Origin: Spirulina sp.
GTDB taxonomy: Bacteria; Cyanobacteriota; Cyanobacteriia; Phormidesmidales; Phormidesmidaceae
NCBI GenBank assembly: GCA_044070495.1
Contig: JBIPSI010000017.1
Span: 32,001-96,000, forward strand
Direction of reading: 5' to 3'
DNA length: 64,000 nucleotides
Shown in pieces: positions 8,446-18,368 of the stretch (its first letter is position 1; the number at the start of each line of letters is the position of its first letter). The notes beneath the pieces were generated by a model. The model was given only the letters and a program-made list of their open reading frames with translations. It was not told the DNA's origin and did no database searches. The position numbers and the translations under genes are program-made.

Positions 8446-11247
8446 TTATTCCCCATGGCGGCTGTCGGAATGGGCCAAGGGCAGCAGCAGCCGACTGTGG
8501 ATGCGGCCATCCTCTAGCTGGGAGAAGGAGACCTCGCCGCCCAACTGGTCGAGGAGGCTTTTGCAGATAGCGAGATGGAGACCGGGGGGTTCGTCGAGGC
8601 TGGAGGGGGCCAAGACATCGGCGTTGCTGCCCGCTTTGAGTTCCCCTAGCAGGGTGGGGTTGCAGTGGCCATTGTCGGTGATGGAGAGTTCTAGCCAGTC
8701 GAAGTTAATCAGGCGACACCAGAGGTCGATGCGACCGCCCACGGGGGATCGCTGGCAGGCCGCTATCAGGATTTCGTAGAGCACCATATCGAGTTTGGCG
8801 GTATCTCCGGCGATCAGAGTGCCTCGGTCGCTGTCGTTGTGCACCTTCGACCACAACTGTCGGCTTTCTAGGGCGGGGGTGATGCGCTCGATGGCTCGGT
8901 TGATCAGGCTGATTAGGGGGGTGGTCTGGGCGTGGTAGCGCAGTTGCCACCGTTCCCGTTGCAGAACCTCCGTCGATCCCTGCACCATGCGCTGAAGCTG
9001 GCGCAGGCTGGCAGGTAAGGCCGCCGGGGCCGAGGAATTGGGCTGATCCGCCGCTGGAGAGAGATCCTGGACAACCTTGGCCAGTTGGCGATAGGTTTCT
9101 TCTAAGCAGTGGTGCTTGTACCAGTTGAGGTGCTCTAAATCCTGCCGTTGCTGGGTAAGACTGGCCAGAACGTAGAGATAGCGCCGCGACCAGGCCAACT
9201 GGTTGATGAGCAGGTTGACGATGGTGATCTGATGTTTTCCCCAGGGGGTGGGGGTGACGGAGGTCACGATGAGTGCCGCTGTTACCGCATGGTTTGGGGC
9301 CGTGCGAAGGGCCTTGGTGACAATGCGGCTACCCTGGGGGGGCAACAGCCAAGCCTGGGTGTCGGCAGGCAGGTCGGTGGCGGATAGGGTAAGCAGATCC
9401 TCCGTTTGGATGGCCCATTGCAGCAGGGCATCGTTGAGGGGAATGGGCTCTTTAGGGGGTGCCCAAGGGCGACTATTGTGATCGACAATCTGGCTGACCT
9501 GGGCCTCGGCTTCCCCCGGTTGCCAGGTGACCAGGAGGGCCATCGACCCCTGAAGCCACTGCAACACATACTCCAGGGTGGTGCGTTCTAGGTGATCGAT
9601 TTCAGCGCTTTGGTGTAGGGTTTTAAGCCCCCATTCCAGGGCTTCGTAGGTCTCCTGCTGTTGATCCATTTGCCGCTGGAGCTGCCACTGGTGCAAGATC
9701 ACGCCAATCTGACGCCCCACCGCCATCATTAGGGTTTGCTCCGCTGTGGTCCACTGGCGCGGCGTGCGATCACTGACCACCACGACGCCCTCTGGTTTGT
9801 GCCCAGGGGCCACGTTGCTGGCCATCACCGCCTTGGCACCCAACTCCAGGAGGTGAGGTCGCCAGGCCATCAGCTTCAGATCCTGGGAGAGGTTGTCAAT
9901 GGCCACGGGCAGAGCACTGCGTTCCAGCAGGTGCCAATCCACCTCATCCAGCCCCGGCCATAGGGGCGCAGTTCCGGGAATGCGGTGGGCCTGTCCGTGG
10001 AAGCATAGCTCGTAGACCTGTCGCTCGGCATTGAACACCAGCACAAAAAACTGCTGAATACCCAGGTGCTCACTGAGGTTGGTGAAGCAGGTTTGCAGGG
10101 CGTGTCGCCAGTCTCGCTCGTTGTGGATACCCTGCATCACTCCGGTGGCGAGGGATTGCTCAATCTGGCTGTGGCGCTGGGTTTCTTGGTGGCTGGCCAC
10201 GGGCAACGCCAAGCTGAGCAAGCGGGCCATTCCCATCAAAAACTGCTTTTCCGATTCCTGCCATAGCCGAGGTGCACCGCTCTCCACCGACAGAAAGCCC
10301 ACCAGTTCCTCCCCCACGGCAATGGGGGCAATCATAATCGCCTGGGCCTGAAGTTGCTGCATCAGCCGGTCGGGCACGACCCCATTGAGCGCCCCCCGAC
10401 TTTCCCCCAATACCACCAGTTGTTGATGACACAGAGCTTGGTAAAGACCTCTCACCTCCGCCACCGGCAGGCTAAAGGCCCGATCTTCGGCGGAGGCAGC
10501 ATGGGTAGAGGGCTGACGCTGCCAGAAGTAGCTACCCTTGGCCTCCAGCCAAAAGACACGGGAACGGCTGGGGGCCATAAACCGCTGGGTTTCCCGCACC
10601 ACCTCCTTAATTTGGCTGTCTAGATCCCCTAGACTCCCCAAACGCCCCAACAGACTGAGCAGGGGCTGCTCTAGGCGCTTGGCCTGCTGACGCTGCTGAT
10701 CGGCCTGAAAATGGTGCAGCACCTCAGCCAGGGTGCCCGCCACAATCGACAGGTAGGACAAATCCCCCAGAGATAGCGTGACGCCCCAGCGGGGGGAGGC
10801 CATCACCAGCAGCCCAAAGCAGGTTTCCTGACGCTTGATGGGGTAGATCACCGCACTTTGCAGGGCAAACTGCTTGGCCACTAGGCCCCATTCTCCGGCC
10901 CGAATTTCGTTTTGCAGATCCGCCACCATCAGCGGACGCTGATGAATCACCGTTTGCTCCATCAGATCGCCAGGGGTGAGGTTAATGGCGGCCCGCATCG
11001 GTCGCAGGATGTCAGGGCCACGATATTCCTGGGTGACGAGGCGATGGCGTACCGAATCGTAGAGGCCAATCCAGGCCACCTCAAAGGCAAAGGTAGCGTG
11101 CAGATGATCGAGGGCAATGACCAGGGCATCGGCGGCGGACTGGGCAGCCCGAATTGCTTTCAAAGCACGGGACAGGGATACCAAGGGTTGGTCGTGGCGA
11201 GACTCAGGGGGCTGCAACTGCGCCATGGGCGGGGGGAACTCCTGCAA
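8446..11247 (-). CDS. Multi-GAF sensor protein with degenerate histidine-kinase-like (HATPase_c) C-terminus
   Basis: About four GAF-like repeats (e.g. IMIAPIAVGEELVGFLSV, RQWTTAEQTLMMAVGRQIG); C-terminal ELSITDNG and GLHLAICKSLLDQLGGEV. Confidence 0.82.
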   Translation of the reverse strand: MQEFPPPMAQLQPPESRHDQPLVSLSRALKAIRAAQSAADALVIALDHLHATFAFEVAWIGLYDSVRHRLVTQEYRGPDILRPMRAAINLTPGDLMEQTVIHQRPLMVADLQNEIRAGEWGLVAKQFALQSAVIYPIKRQETCFGLLVMASPRWGVTLSLGDLSYLSIVAGTLAEVLHHFQADQQRQQAKRLEQPLLSLLGRLGSLGDLDSQIKEVVRETQRFMAPSRSRVFWLEAKGSYFWQRQPSTHAASAEDRAFSLPVAEVRGLYQALCHQQLVVLGESRGALNGVVPDRLMQQLQAQAIMIAPIAVGEELVGFLSVESGAPRLWQESEKQFLMGMARLLSLALPVASHQETQRHSQIEQSLATGVMQGIHNERDWRHALQTCFTNLSEHLGIQQFFVLVFNAERQVYELCFHGQAHRIPGTAPLWPGLDEVDWHLLERSALPVAIDNLSQDLKLMAWRPHLLELGAKAVMASNVAPGHKPEGVVVVSDRTPRQWTTAEQTLMMAVGRQIGVILHQWQLQRQMDQQQETYEALEWGLKTLHQSAEIDHLERTTLEYVLQWLQGSMALLVTWQPGEAEAQVSQIVDHNSRPWAPPKEPIPLNDALLQWAIQTEDLLTLSATDLPADTQAWLLPPQGSRIVTKALRTAPNHAVTAALIVTSVTPTPWGKHQITIVNLLINQLAWSRRYLYVLASLTQQRQDLEHLNWYKHHCLEETYRQLAKVVQDLSPAADQPNSSAPAALPASLRQLQRMVQGSTEVLQRERWQLRYHAQTTPLISLINRAIERITPALESRQLWSKVHNDSDRGTLIAGDTAKLDMVLYEILIAACQRSPVGGRIDLWCRLINFDWLELSITDNGHCNPTLLGELKAGSNADVLAPSSLDEPPGLHLAICKSLLDQLGGEVSFSQLEDGRIHSRLLLPLAHSDSRHGE

Positions 11248-11827
11248 TGAAGACTAACCGCTGGGGCAACGGTATAAGGACGCCATGGTTCTCTCCTGGC
11301 TGGGGCAGAATGGTCTAGCCCCATGGGGATCTCCCTTCCGGCAATAAACTGGCCTAGGCCAGCATCGCCTAGGTTGCCCCAGATAGACTTAAAGCAACCC
11401 CGACGGGAGGATATCGGGAAATCACCACCCCTAATTTAGGGCTGGGCTGAAGCTAGGCTCGATAGACTGGATAGGCCTGGCCCAGGCTTTCCCTAAGGAC
11501 GCACCACGGAAGGAGAAAAGTTTCTTGGCTCTAGCCTTCTATTTTACGCCGATGCCCCTAAGCCGCTAGCGAAAAAGCTAGCCAACCCACTTCTAAGGCA
11601 AATCGCTTAGGAAAATTGTTTGAGAAGACCGTTTAAGGCCCATCGTCCTGAATTGAGTCGGGGCAGACCGTTGGGAATTAAATCCGGCCCCAATCCTTAG
11701 CCCGCGCATTAAGTTTTCCGTCAAAGCGAAATCCAGGGTTTATATTCGGGGAAAACTCATCTAGGCGCTGGCGAGTTTGCCCCAGGCCAACGCCCCTGTC
11801 GAATTTTGATGCACCCATCCTCCTACC

Positions 11828-13396
11828 ATGACCGATAGCTTTACCCACGTCACCTGCCCCAAGTGCGGCTACGAACAAAATCCTAGCACCGCTAAAAAGT
11901 GCGAAATCTGTGGCCAATCCCTGAAAAAGGGCAACTCCCTTGCGCCGATTTTGGTCGGGGCGGGGGCGCTGGCCTTTCTGGGTGGTTTGGCGGGGCTAGG
12001 GGTGATGGGCTACAACGCGTTTCTAAAGCCCCAGGCCCAAACGCCACCGGGCCAAGTGGTGGTTCCCCCCGGTGGCGGCACCGCGCCCACGAATCCGACC
12101 GCGCCGCCCACCCCGCCGCCCACCCCGCCCACAAATCCGGGGAACGTGGCCAGCGCCCTCAGTTGGGGCGATAGGGTGATTTTTGCCGACAACACCAATG
12201 CCGACCTCCAGGCCGGGGTTGCCGCCTTTGCCAGCGGCGACTTGGCCACGGCGGTGACCCGCTTCCAGGCCGCCCGTCAAGCCCTGCGCAACGACCCTGA
12301 ACCGTTGATCTACCTCAACAATGCCAAGCTGGGCAACACCCCCGCCCTAGGCATTGCCGCCGTGGTGCCCGCCAACGACACCCCCAACGCCGCCCGCGAA
12401 CTGCTGCGCGGCATCGCCCAGGCCCAGGATGAAGCGATCCAGGCCGGAGTGCCCATTAAGGTGATGATTGCCGACGACCGCAACGACCCCAACCAGGCCG
12501 CCGCCATCGCCAATGCCCTGATGCAGAACCCGGATATCGTCGCGGTGGTGGGCCACGGCACCAGCACCAGCACCCTGGCCGCTGCCCCCATCTACCAACA
12601 GGGCCAACTGCCGATGATTGCCCCCACCAGCACCACCACCGACCTCACAACCCTCACCCGCCAGGGCAGCAACATGATCTTCCGGGTCATCCCCAGCGAC
12701 CAGTTTACGGGCACCACCCTGGCCCGCTACCTGCTCTCTGCGGGCAAAAGCCGCCCCATCGTCTTCTACAACTCCCAAAGCTCCTACAGCCAGTCGTTGC
12801 AGACCGCCTTCTCCACCACTCTGGGCCTAGAGGGCGGACAGGTGGCGAACCTGGTGGATCTGTCCCAGGGCAATCCTTCCGCCTCCCTCCAGGGCAGCGG
12901 GGCCGATGCACTGGTGCTGATGCCCGATTCCAACACCTTTGATGCCGCCCTAGCCGTGGCCCAGGCCAACCAAGGGCAACTGCCCATCTTTGCCGGAGAT
13001 GCCTTCTACCGCATCGAAGCCCTCGAAAAGGGCGGCAACAGCCTGAACGGGGCCATCCTCACCGTGCCCTGGCACCCCTTGCGATCGACGCCCCCCTTCG
13101 CCCAAAATGCCTCTAGTTTGTGGGGCGGCGATGTCAACTGGCGCACCGCCCTCAGTTATGACGCCTTCCAGACCCTCAAGGCGGCCCAATCTGTGGGCAA
13201 TGTGGCACCGGGCAGCGGCGCAACCGGACGCACCGCCCTGGGGACGGCCCTCGGGGGCCAGGGCTTCTCGGCCACGGGGTCTACGGGGGCCGTCAGCTTC
13301 TTGCCCTCTGGGGATCGCAACGCCACGGTGCTGCTGGTGAAGGTGCAACCCGGCACCCGATCCGGCACCGGGTTCGACTTTGTGCCTTTGCCCTAG
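11828..13396 (+). CDS. Zn-ribbon + TM + Pro-rich linker + LivJ-like (branched-chain amino-acid type) solute-binding domain protein
   Basis: CPKC...CEIC N-terminus, one TM, PTPPPTPP linker, VVGHGTS, PMIAPTST, IFRVIPSD, WRTALSYDA. Confidence 0.85.
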   Translation: MTDSFTHVTCPKCGYEQNPSTAKKCEICGQSLKKGNSLAPILVGAGALAFLGGLAGLGVMGYNAFLKPQAQTPPGQVVVPPGGGTAPTNPTAPPTPPPTPPTNPGNVASALSWGDRVIFADNTNADLQAGVAAFASGDLATAVTRFQAARQALRNDPEPLIYLNNAKLGNTPALGIAAVVPANDTPNAARELLRGIAQAQDEAIQAGVPIKVMIADDRNDPNQAAAIANALMQNPDIVAVVGHGTSTSTLAAAPIYQQGQLPMIAPTSTTTDLTTLTRQGSNMIFRVIPSDQFTGTTLARYLLSAGKSRPIVFYNSQSSYSQSLQTAFSTTLGLEGGQVANLVDLSQGNPSASLQGSGADALVLMPDSNTFDAALAVAQANQGQLPIFAGDAFYRIEALEKGGNSLNGAILTVPWHPLRSTPPFAQNASSLWGGDVNWRTALSYDAFQTLKAAQSVGNVAPGSGATGRTALGTALGGQGFSATGSTGAVSFLPSGDRNATVLLVKVQPGTRSGTGFDFVPLP

Positions 13397-14298
13397 GCAG
13401 CTTTGTTTCGCCAAGCGGTAGCGGTGTAGAGGGCAAGGGCCGTCCAGATGCAGCCGAAGGTGATCAGGTGGGTGGGGGTGAAGGGTTCGCCATAGACCAG
13501 CACCCCCAGCAGTAGGGCAATGGAGGGGGCCAGGTATTGGAAAAAGCCCAGGGTGGCCAGGGGCAGGCGTTTGGCGGCGGTATTAAACCACAGCAGCGGC
13601 ATGGAGGTGACCACGCCAGCCCCCATAAACAGCAGGGTGAGGGGGAGGGTCTGGCCAAAATGGCCCTGTCCCGTCAAGCCCAAGTAGCTGACAAAGGTGA
13701 GGGTGAAGGGGGTGATCAACAGGGTTTCCACCGCCAGACCCACCAGGGGAGCTACGGGGGTGGTTTTGCGCAGCAGCCCATAGAAGGCAAAGCTAATGGC
13801 CAGCCCTAGGGCAATCCAGGGCACGGTGCCAAACTGCACCACAAAGTAGCCCACTCCCATCGTCGCTAGGGCCACCGCCAGCCATTGCAGCGGGTGCAGC
13901 CGTTCCTTCAGAAACACAAACCCCAGCAACACCGTTACCAGGGGGTTGATGTAGTAGCCCAGGCTAGACTCCACCACCCGGTCGCTGTTGACGCCGTAGA
14001 TATACAGCCCCCAGTTGAAGCTCAGCAAACTGGCGGTGAGCAACAGCACCCCCACCCGACGCGGCTGCCGCAGCAGGGCTACGAGGTCAGCGATCCGTCC
14101 CTGCACCAGCAAAATCAGCATCAAAAAGATTGCCGACCAAATCATGCGATGGCTCAACACCTCCACCGCTGGGCTAATGCCCAAGAATTTCCAGTAGATG
14201 GGCAGTAGCCCCCAGGCTCCGTAGGCTAGCAGGGCGTAGAGGGTGCCGCTCCTGGGATCGGGATGGCTGGTGGACGAAACGGAGGAAGATTGGGCCAA
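13393..14298 (-). CDS. rarD: EamA/DMT family transporter RarD
   Basis: YGAWGLLPIYWK, ESSLGYYINPL, LGFFQYLAP motifs; about 10 TM. Confidence 0.9.
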   Translation of the reverse strand: MAQSSSVSSTSHPDPRSGTLYALLAYGAWGLLPIYWKFLGISPAVEVLSHRMIWSAIFLMLILLVQGRIADLVALLRQPRRVGVLLLTASLLSFNWGLYIYGVNSDRVVESSLGYYINPLVTVLLGFVFLKERLHPLQWLAVALATMGVGYFVVQFGTVPWIALGLAISFAFYGLLRKTTPVAPLVGLAVETLLITPFTLTFVSYLGLTGQGHFGQTLPLTLLFMGAGVVTSMPLLWFNTAAKRLPLATLGFFQYLAPSIALLLGVLVYGEPFTPTHLITFGCIWTALALYTATAWRNKAA

Positions 14299-14394
14299 GG
14301 GTTTACGCGGTCAAGGGTTCGATAGCCGAAGGTCTATTCTATGCCGATTGCCCCACCCATGCATGGGCCACCCCCGTTCCCTGGCCGCCCCCAT

Positions 14395-16056
14395 TCACGC
14401 TCCGTTGCCTTGGAGGGTAAGGCCCACGTGCCAGTTTTCGCCCTGGCGTTCTAGCCGGATGGCGGAACATTTGGCCAAAAACCTCGGTAAGCCCTTGGGT
14501 TCGCCGAGGCGCTGGAGAACGTGACTCATGGGTTGGTGATAGACCTGGGCAAAGGTGCTACCCAAGAGGGAGAGCGACACCGTGCCCCTGGGTTCGTTAA
14601 TCAGGCTAGGAAGGATGGCAACTACCGCTTTTTCTAGGGTTTGCACGTCGGTAATGGGGCTAACCAAGGGGGTTGGGCCAGCCGGAACTAGGGCGGTGGT
14701 CGCGTCTAGGGGGGGCAGGTTAAGGGCCACTTGAATAGACGTGCCATCCTCGGTTAGGGGGGTGAGAACAAAGGTGCTGTCGGCCTCCAGCAGTTGTTTG
14801 AGGGTGGTGTCGGCGGCGTAGGTTTGCAGCACTTGGTTAGCCGAAACATGGTTGCGCTCGTGGAATAGCGTGCCGAGGCGGCCAAGGGTGACGGGCTGAT
14901 CGGGGTGGGCCTGGTGTTCTTGCAAAATCAAAATCCTCAGCCAGCGCTTCATTTGTTCCAAGGAGGCGGGGATATGGGGGGTGGGATCTGGGTCGGCGGT
15001 GGGCTGGGCCGTTTTAGCTTTGCTGCCTCCACGGGTTTGGGCGGTGGCGTCTGGCGGCAAGGCTACGGTGTGGGTGGTTTGCTGGGCCAAGTTGAGCACC
15101 TTAAAGCCCTGCTGGTCGTGGCTGACTCGGTAGGGAATCAGCCCCTGGCGCAGCAGCACATAGCCCAGGTGCAGCAGGTCAGAATCTGCCGAACAAATGA
15201 AGACTTCGCGGATAGACGGGTGGTGCAGGGAAATCAACGAGGCATCCAAGGACATTTTGATGTCGGCGCTGTTTTTGCCGGAGGGGACGTGGATCATCTG
15301 GTAGCCCCGCCGATAAAACTCCTGATCGCGGTTGCCCAGGGTGCGCCAGTTGCCAAAGGCCAACCGATAACGCAGGGGGTATTGAGCCAGGGATTGCAGG
15401 TGGGCTTCTAGGGTCGCTGACGGGTGCATATTTTCCGCATCCACCAACAGCAACCCCGACCAAGGGGCCTGGGGATCCACCGGCGTGGTGGACGGCGGCG
15501 AGGGGATAACGGGCGGATCCTCCAGGGGGTGAGGGATTTGGGGGGCACCCTGATCTAGGGTGGGCGTTTCCTCGGTCTCGGTGGACTGGTCACCCTGAGG
15601 TGGCGAATCGGGGGGCAGATCAACATCGCCCGATGGAGTGGGCTGGTTCGGTGACGAATTCGATGACGGGTTCGGCGACGGGTTCGGCGACGGGTTCGAT
15701 GACGGAGGGGGCACTGGCGCGACAATCTGCTGCACCCGTTGACGCACTTGCCCATGGGCTTTAGTGGCTTGGAAGGCCGGGGCAAAGATCTGGCTCAGCA
15801 GATGATCCACCGCCTGAAGCAGGCGGGTGGCATCACGATGGTTGGCCAATTGGGCCGCGATCTGAGTGGGTTGGGCCTCGGTGGGGCTCGACTGTAGCCA
15901 GGCCAACCCAGCCTCCGTCAACAGATTGGGATGCTGCTGGTGGGCGGCGGTGGCAGTGACGTGAATCAGACGGGCAATGGTTTCACATTGATCCAACCTA
16001 GGCACATCGGGCACAGAAGTCATGGGCAGGGCGGGGATAGGGCGACGGCAAACCAC
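14395..16056 (-). CDS. NYN (LabA/DUF88 PIN-like) domain protein with C-terminal OST-HTH/LOTUS-like domains
   Basis: LLVDAEN, AFGNW, GKNSADIKM, ICSADSD acidic motifs; C-terminal repeats VTLGRLGTLF and VSLSLLGSTF. Confidence 0.8.
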   Translation of the reverse strand: MVCRRPIPALPMTSVPDVPRLDQCETIARLIHVTATAAHQQHPNLLTEAGLAWLQSSPTEAQPTQIAAQLANHRDATRLLQAVDHLLSQIFAPAFQATKAHGQVRQRVQQIVAPVPPPSSNPSPNPSPNPSSNSSPNQPTPSGDVDLPPDSPPQGDQSTETEETPTLDQGAPQIPHPLEDPPVIPSPPSTTPVDPQAPWSGLLLVDAENMHPSATLEAHLQSLAQYPLRYRLAFGNWRTLGNRDQEFYRRGYQMIHVPSGKNSADIKMSLDASLISLHHPSIREVFICSADSDLLHLGYVLLRQGLIPYRVSHDQQGFKVLNLAQQTTHTVALPPDATAQTRGGSKAKTAQPTADPDPTPHIPASLEQMKRWLRILILQEHQAHPDQPVTLGRLGTLFHERNHVSANQVLQTYAADTTLKQLLEADSTFVLTPLTEDGTSIQVALNLPPLDATTALVPAGPTPLVSPITDVQTLEKAVVAILPSLINEPRGTVSLSLLGSTFAQVYHQPMSHVLQRLGEPKGLPRFLAKCSAIRLERQGENWHVGLTLQGNGA

Positions 16057-16225
16057 ACCGAGTTCGGCCTGTCTAGCTGGGGGGCCGGTGTAGGTCTTGT
16101 CCCTAGGCTACCCGTTTTCCTCAAAAGCGCAGCATTCTCTGGGGGCTGCCGCCGTTATGGATCTGGGTTCTGGCAAGTGTTGTTAGGCAAACCGCCGTGG
16201 AAGGGGCGGTCTATTCACAGCGATC

Positions 16226-16374
16226 TATAGCGGTTTTCGTTTCAGTGAGGTACAAATTTTGGATCTTCAGATCCCCCCAGGTGCTATTTGTCATCGAGTC
16301 GCCTGAGTACCCCCCTTGATAAGGGGGGCTGGGGGGATCTTCACAGTGCCCCTCATTCAAGGGAAATCCACTAT
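16226..16374. mobile_element. MITE family A (about 150 bp; TA-bounded, IS630-like ends; internal CCCCCTT-AAGGGGG hairpin)
   Basis: Imperfect terminal inverted repeats TATAGCGGTTTTC.../...GAAATCCACTAT; related copy in opposite orientation at 45102-45220. Confidence 0.7.
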
Positions 16375-16386
16375 GTTTGTAGCGAT

Positions 16387-16818
16387 CTACTTGTAAATGC
16401 CGGGATTAATGCGATCTTCCCCTTCTGTGAGGGCGGGTTCCGCAGGCGTTACCACAAAGTTTTTGAGATTAGCCCGCAGCAAGGTCTGTTCAGATTCGCT
16501 CAGGCCAGGAATGTTAAGCACATCCTCTACGGTCTCGAAGGGGGCATGGTGAATAATTTTGCGGGCTAGGGTAGGATATAACCCTGGATACCGCCGAAAA
16601 GCCAAAACATTAGAGTTATTTAGGTCTATCTTATTACCCACATCTCCAAGTTTTTGGTCTATGGGGTTGCGTTTTTGTTCGGCTACAAAACCATAGTCGA
16701 TATCCATCGACTTATTAAAAAGATTGCCAGCCCACACAGGGGATAGTAATCCTGGGCTTAGCCAAATCCCTAGGCACAGACCTAGGCCGATTAGCAGCTT
16801 CAAAATTTGTTTTATCAT
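16387..16818 (-). CDS. psbU: Photosystem II 12 kDa extrinsic protein PsbU
   Basis: Signal peptide, [28 protein letters not shown] and conserved end [12 protein letters not shown]. Confidence 0.93.
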   Translation of the reverse strand: MIKQILKLLIGLGLCLGIWLSPGLLSPVWAGNLFNKSMDIDYGFVAEQKRNPIDQKLGDVGNKIDLNNSNVLAFRRYPGLYPTLARKIIHHAPFETVEDVLNIPGLSESEQTLLRANLKNFVVTPAEPALTEGEDRINPGIYK

Positions 16819-16947
16819 GGCTTAAGTTCTCTATTAACAAATACAAAGCGACTCTGGCTTAACCCTCTCCAATTCTCAGAGAAAGAAGGACAATCAAGGC
16901 CACTAATACCTATCTTGACCAGGAAGAATCATGAGGAGTTAGCATGA

Positions 16948-17331
16948 TTAATGGGCGGGTTGATTGAGACGGGGAGGCATCCGTTTTTCTGGAGGCACCA
17001 CCGGATCGGTAACGGTGAAGGACTGAAGATTTGCCTTGAGCAAAGCTTTTTGAAGATCCGTTAGGCCAGGAATGTTAAGCACATCCTCGACCGTTGAGTA
17101 GGGGCCATGGCTGAGAATAGCGGAGGCTAAATTGGGGTAAAACCCAGGGCAATCGGTGAAGGCGAGCAGGTTGGCATTGTTTAAATCAAGGCTTTCCGGC
17201 GGAACGGTACAAAGCCCAACCCCATCGACAACGTTAACGGCTGGGGTTGCAAGCATCGCCTCTGGGTGGCCAAGCAGGGTCAGTAAAGCGATACAGCCGC
17301 CTAGAACCAATCGCACCAAAATATGTTTCAT
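16948..17331 (-). CDS. psbU: Divergent PsbU-like paralogue
   Basis: Signal peptide, [32 protein letters not shown]; lacks the canonical C-terminus. Confidence 0.82.
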   Translation of the reverse strand: MKHILVRLVLGGCIALLTLLGHPEAMLATPAVNVVDGVGLCTVPPESLDLNNANLLAFTDCPGFYPNLASAILSHGPYSTVEDVLNIPGLTDLQKALLKANLQSFTVTDPVVPPEKRMPPRLNQPAH

Positions 17332-17461
17332 TTTTCAATACCTTTTACGGAAGATCTGCGGGGTCAAGGTACGGATTGCGTCGATTGAAGCGCGGCGAAT
17401 ACCCCACCCTGGGCTGATGTTCAACCGTGATGGGGCGAGGGATTTCCTGGGAGCGGATCGT

Positions 17462-18136
17462 TTAGGGATGAAGAAAGCGCTGAAACCATTCGCTTGCCCT
17501 GACCTCAGCCTGTTCTAGGGTGTCTGATTCTACAAACCGGTGGGATGCGCCGGGGATAACATCAAGATATTTTTCGGAAGCTTGATCCATCAAAACCATG
17601 GCCTCTTCGTTGACGGTAATCATAGGGAGATCTAGACCCCCCACAATGAGCAGCGTGGGGGCATGAACCTGGGTGAGGGTAGACCAAATTAAATCTAGCC
17701 AACCACCGCGAGAAACCACAGCCTTGACGATAGAAGATCGCTTCGCCGCCGCCACCAAAATTGCCGCCCCCGCCGTGCCATCCCCAAAATAACCAATCGC
17801 CAAACCTTGGGTGGCTGGGGTATGGCGCAGCCAGTCCGTTGCGCCAATCACTCGATCAGCCAACAACCCCGCCGCATCAAACCTCAGTTGTCGAGTGCGT
17901 TGATCAAAAGCAGCTTCGTCAGGGGTTAGCAGGGCGATCTTTAAGGTAGCTAACCTCGCCTGATGGAGCAATTTGGCTAAATATTGCCTGGAGGGAGAGC
18001 CATTGTTTATCCCCTGAACCAGCAGCACGACCCCTTGCGCCCCCGTAGGTACGATTAAATCTCCCTCCAACTGAACAGTACCCGCAGAAACGGAAACAGT
18101 GCAGCGGGATATTTGTGATTTTAACCCGAAATTCAT
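17462..18136 (-). CDS. Dienelactone-hydrolase-like alpha/beta hydrolase, apparently lacking the nucleophile
   Basis: AVVSRGG, APTLLIVGGLD, IPGASHRF match the family; the usual GYFGAS(T)G elbow reads GYFGDGTAG. Confidence 0.78.
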   Translation of the reverse strand: MNFGLKSQISRCTVSVSAGTVQLEGDLIVPTGAQGVVLLVQGINNGSPSRQYLAKLLHQARLATLKIALLTPDEAAFDQRTRQLRFDAAGLLADRVIGATDWLRHTPATQGLAIGYFGDGTAGAAILVAAAKRSSIVKAVVSRGGWLDLIWSTLTQVHAPTLLIVGGLDLPMITVNEEAMVLMDQASEKYLDVIPGASHRFVESDTLEQAEVRASEWFQRFLHP

Positions 18137-18272
18137 AGATTTATGGATGACTTGAACACTTGAATATTTCCTTGGTCTTTAAGCAGAAGATAAGTTGTGA
18201 CAACCGATTTAACTCTGGCGAATTTTGGCATAGTCTTTCATGCGGGTAGCGTTATATTAGGCTGCCAATACC

Positions 18273-18328
18273 TTGGTTGACTGACATGAAATTCTGCACT
18301 GGGCACGGCAACCGTGCCCCTACAGCAT
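18273..18328 (+). mobile_element. Left-end fragment of MITE family C
   Basis: TTGGTTGACTGACA...GGGCACGGCAACCGTGCCCCTAC, matching the first half of 21048-21177. Confidence 0.7.
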
Positions 18329-18368
18329 GGGGAAGAAAATGGTATTGCTGGAACCCAATCTTTATCCC

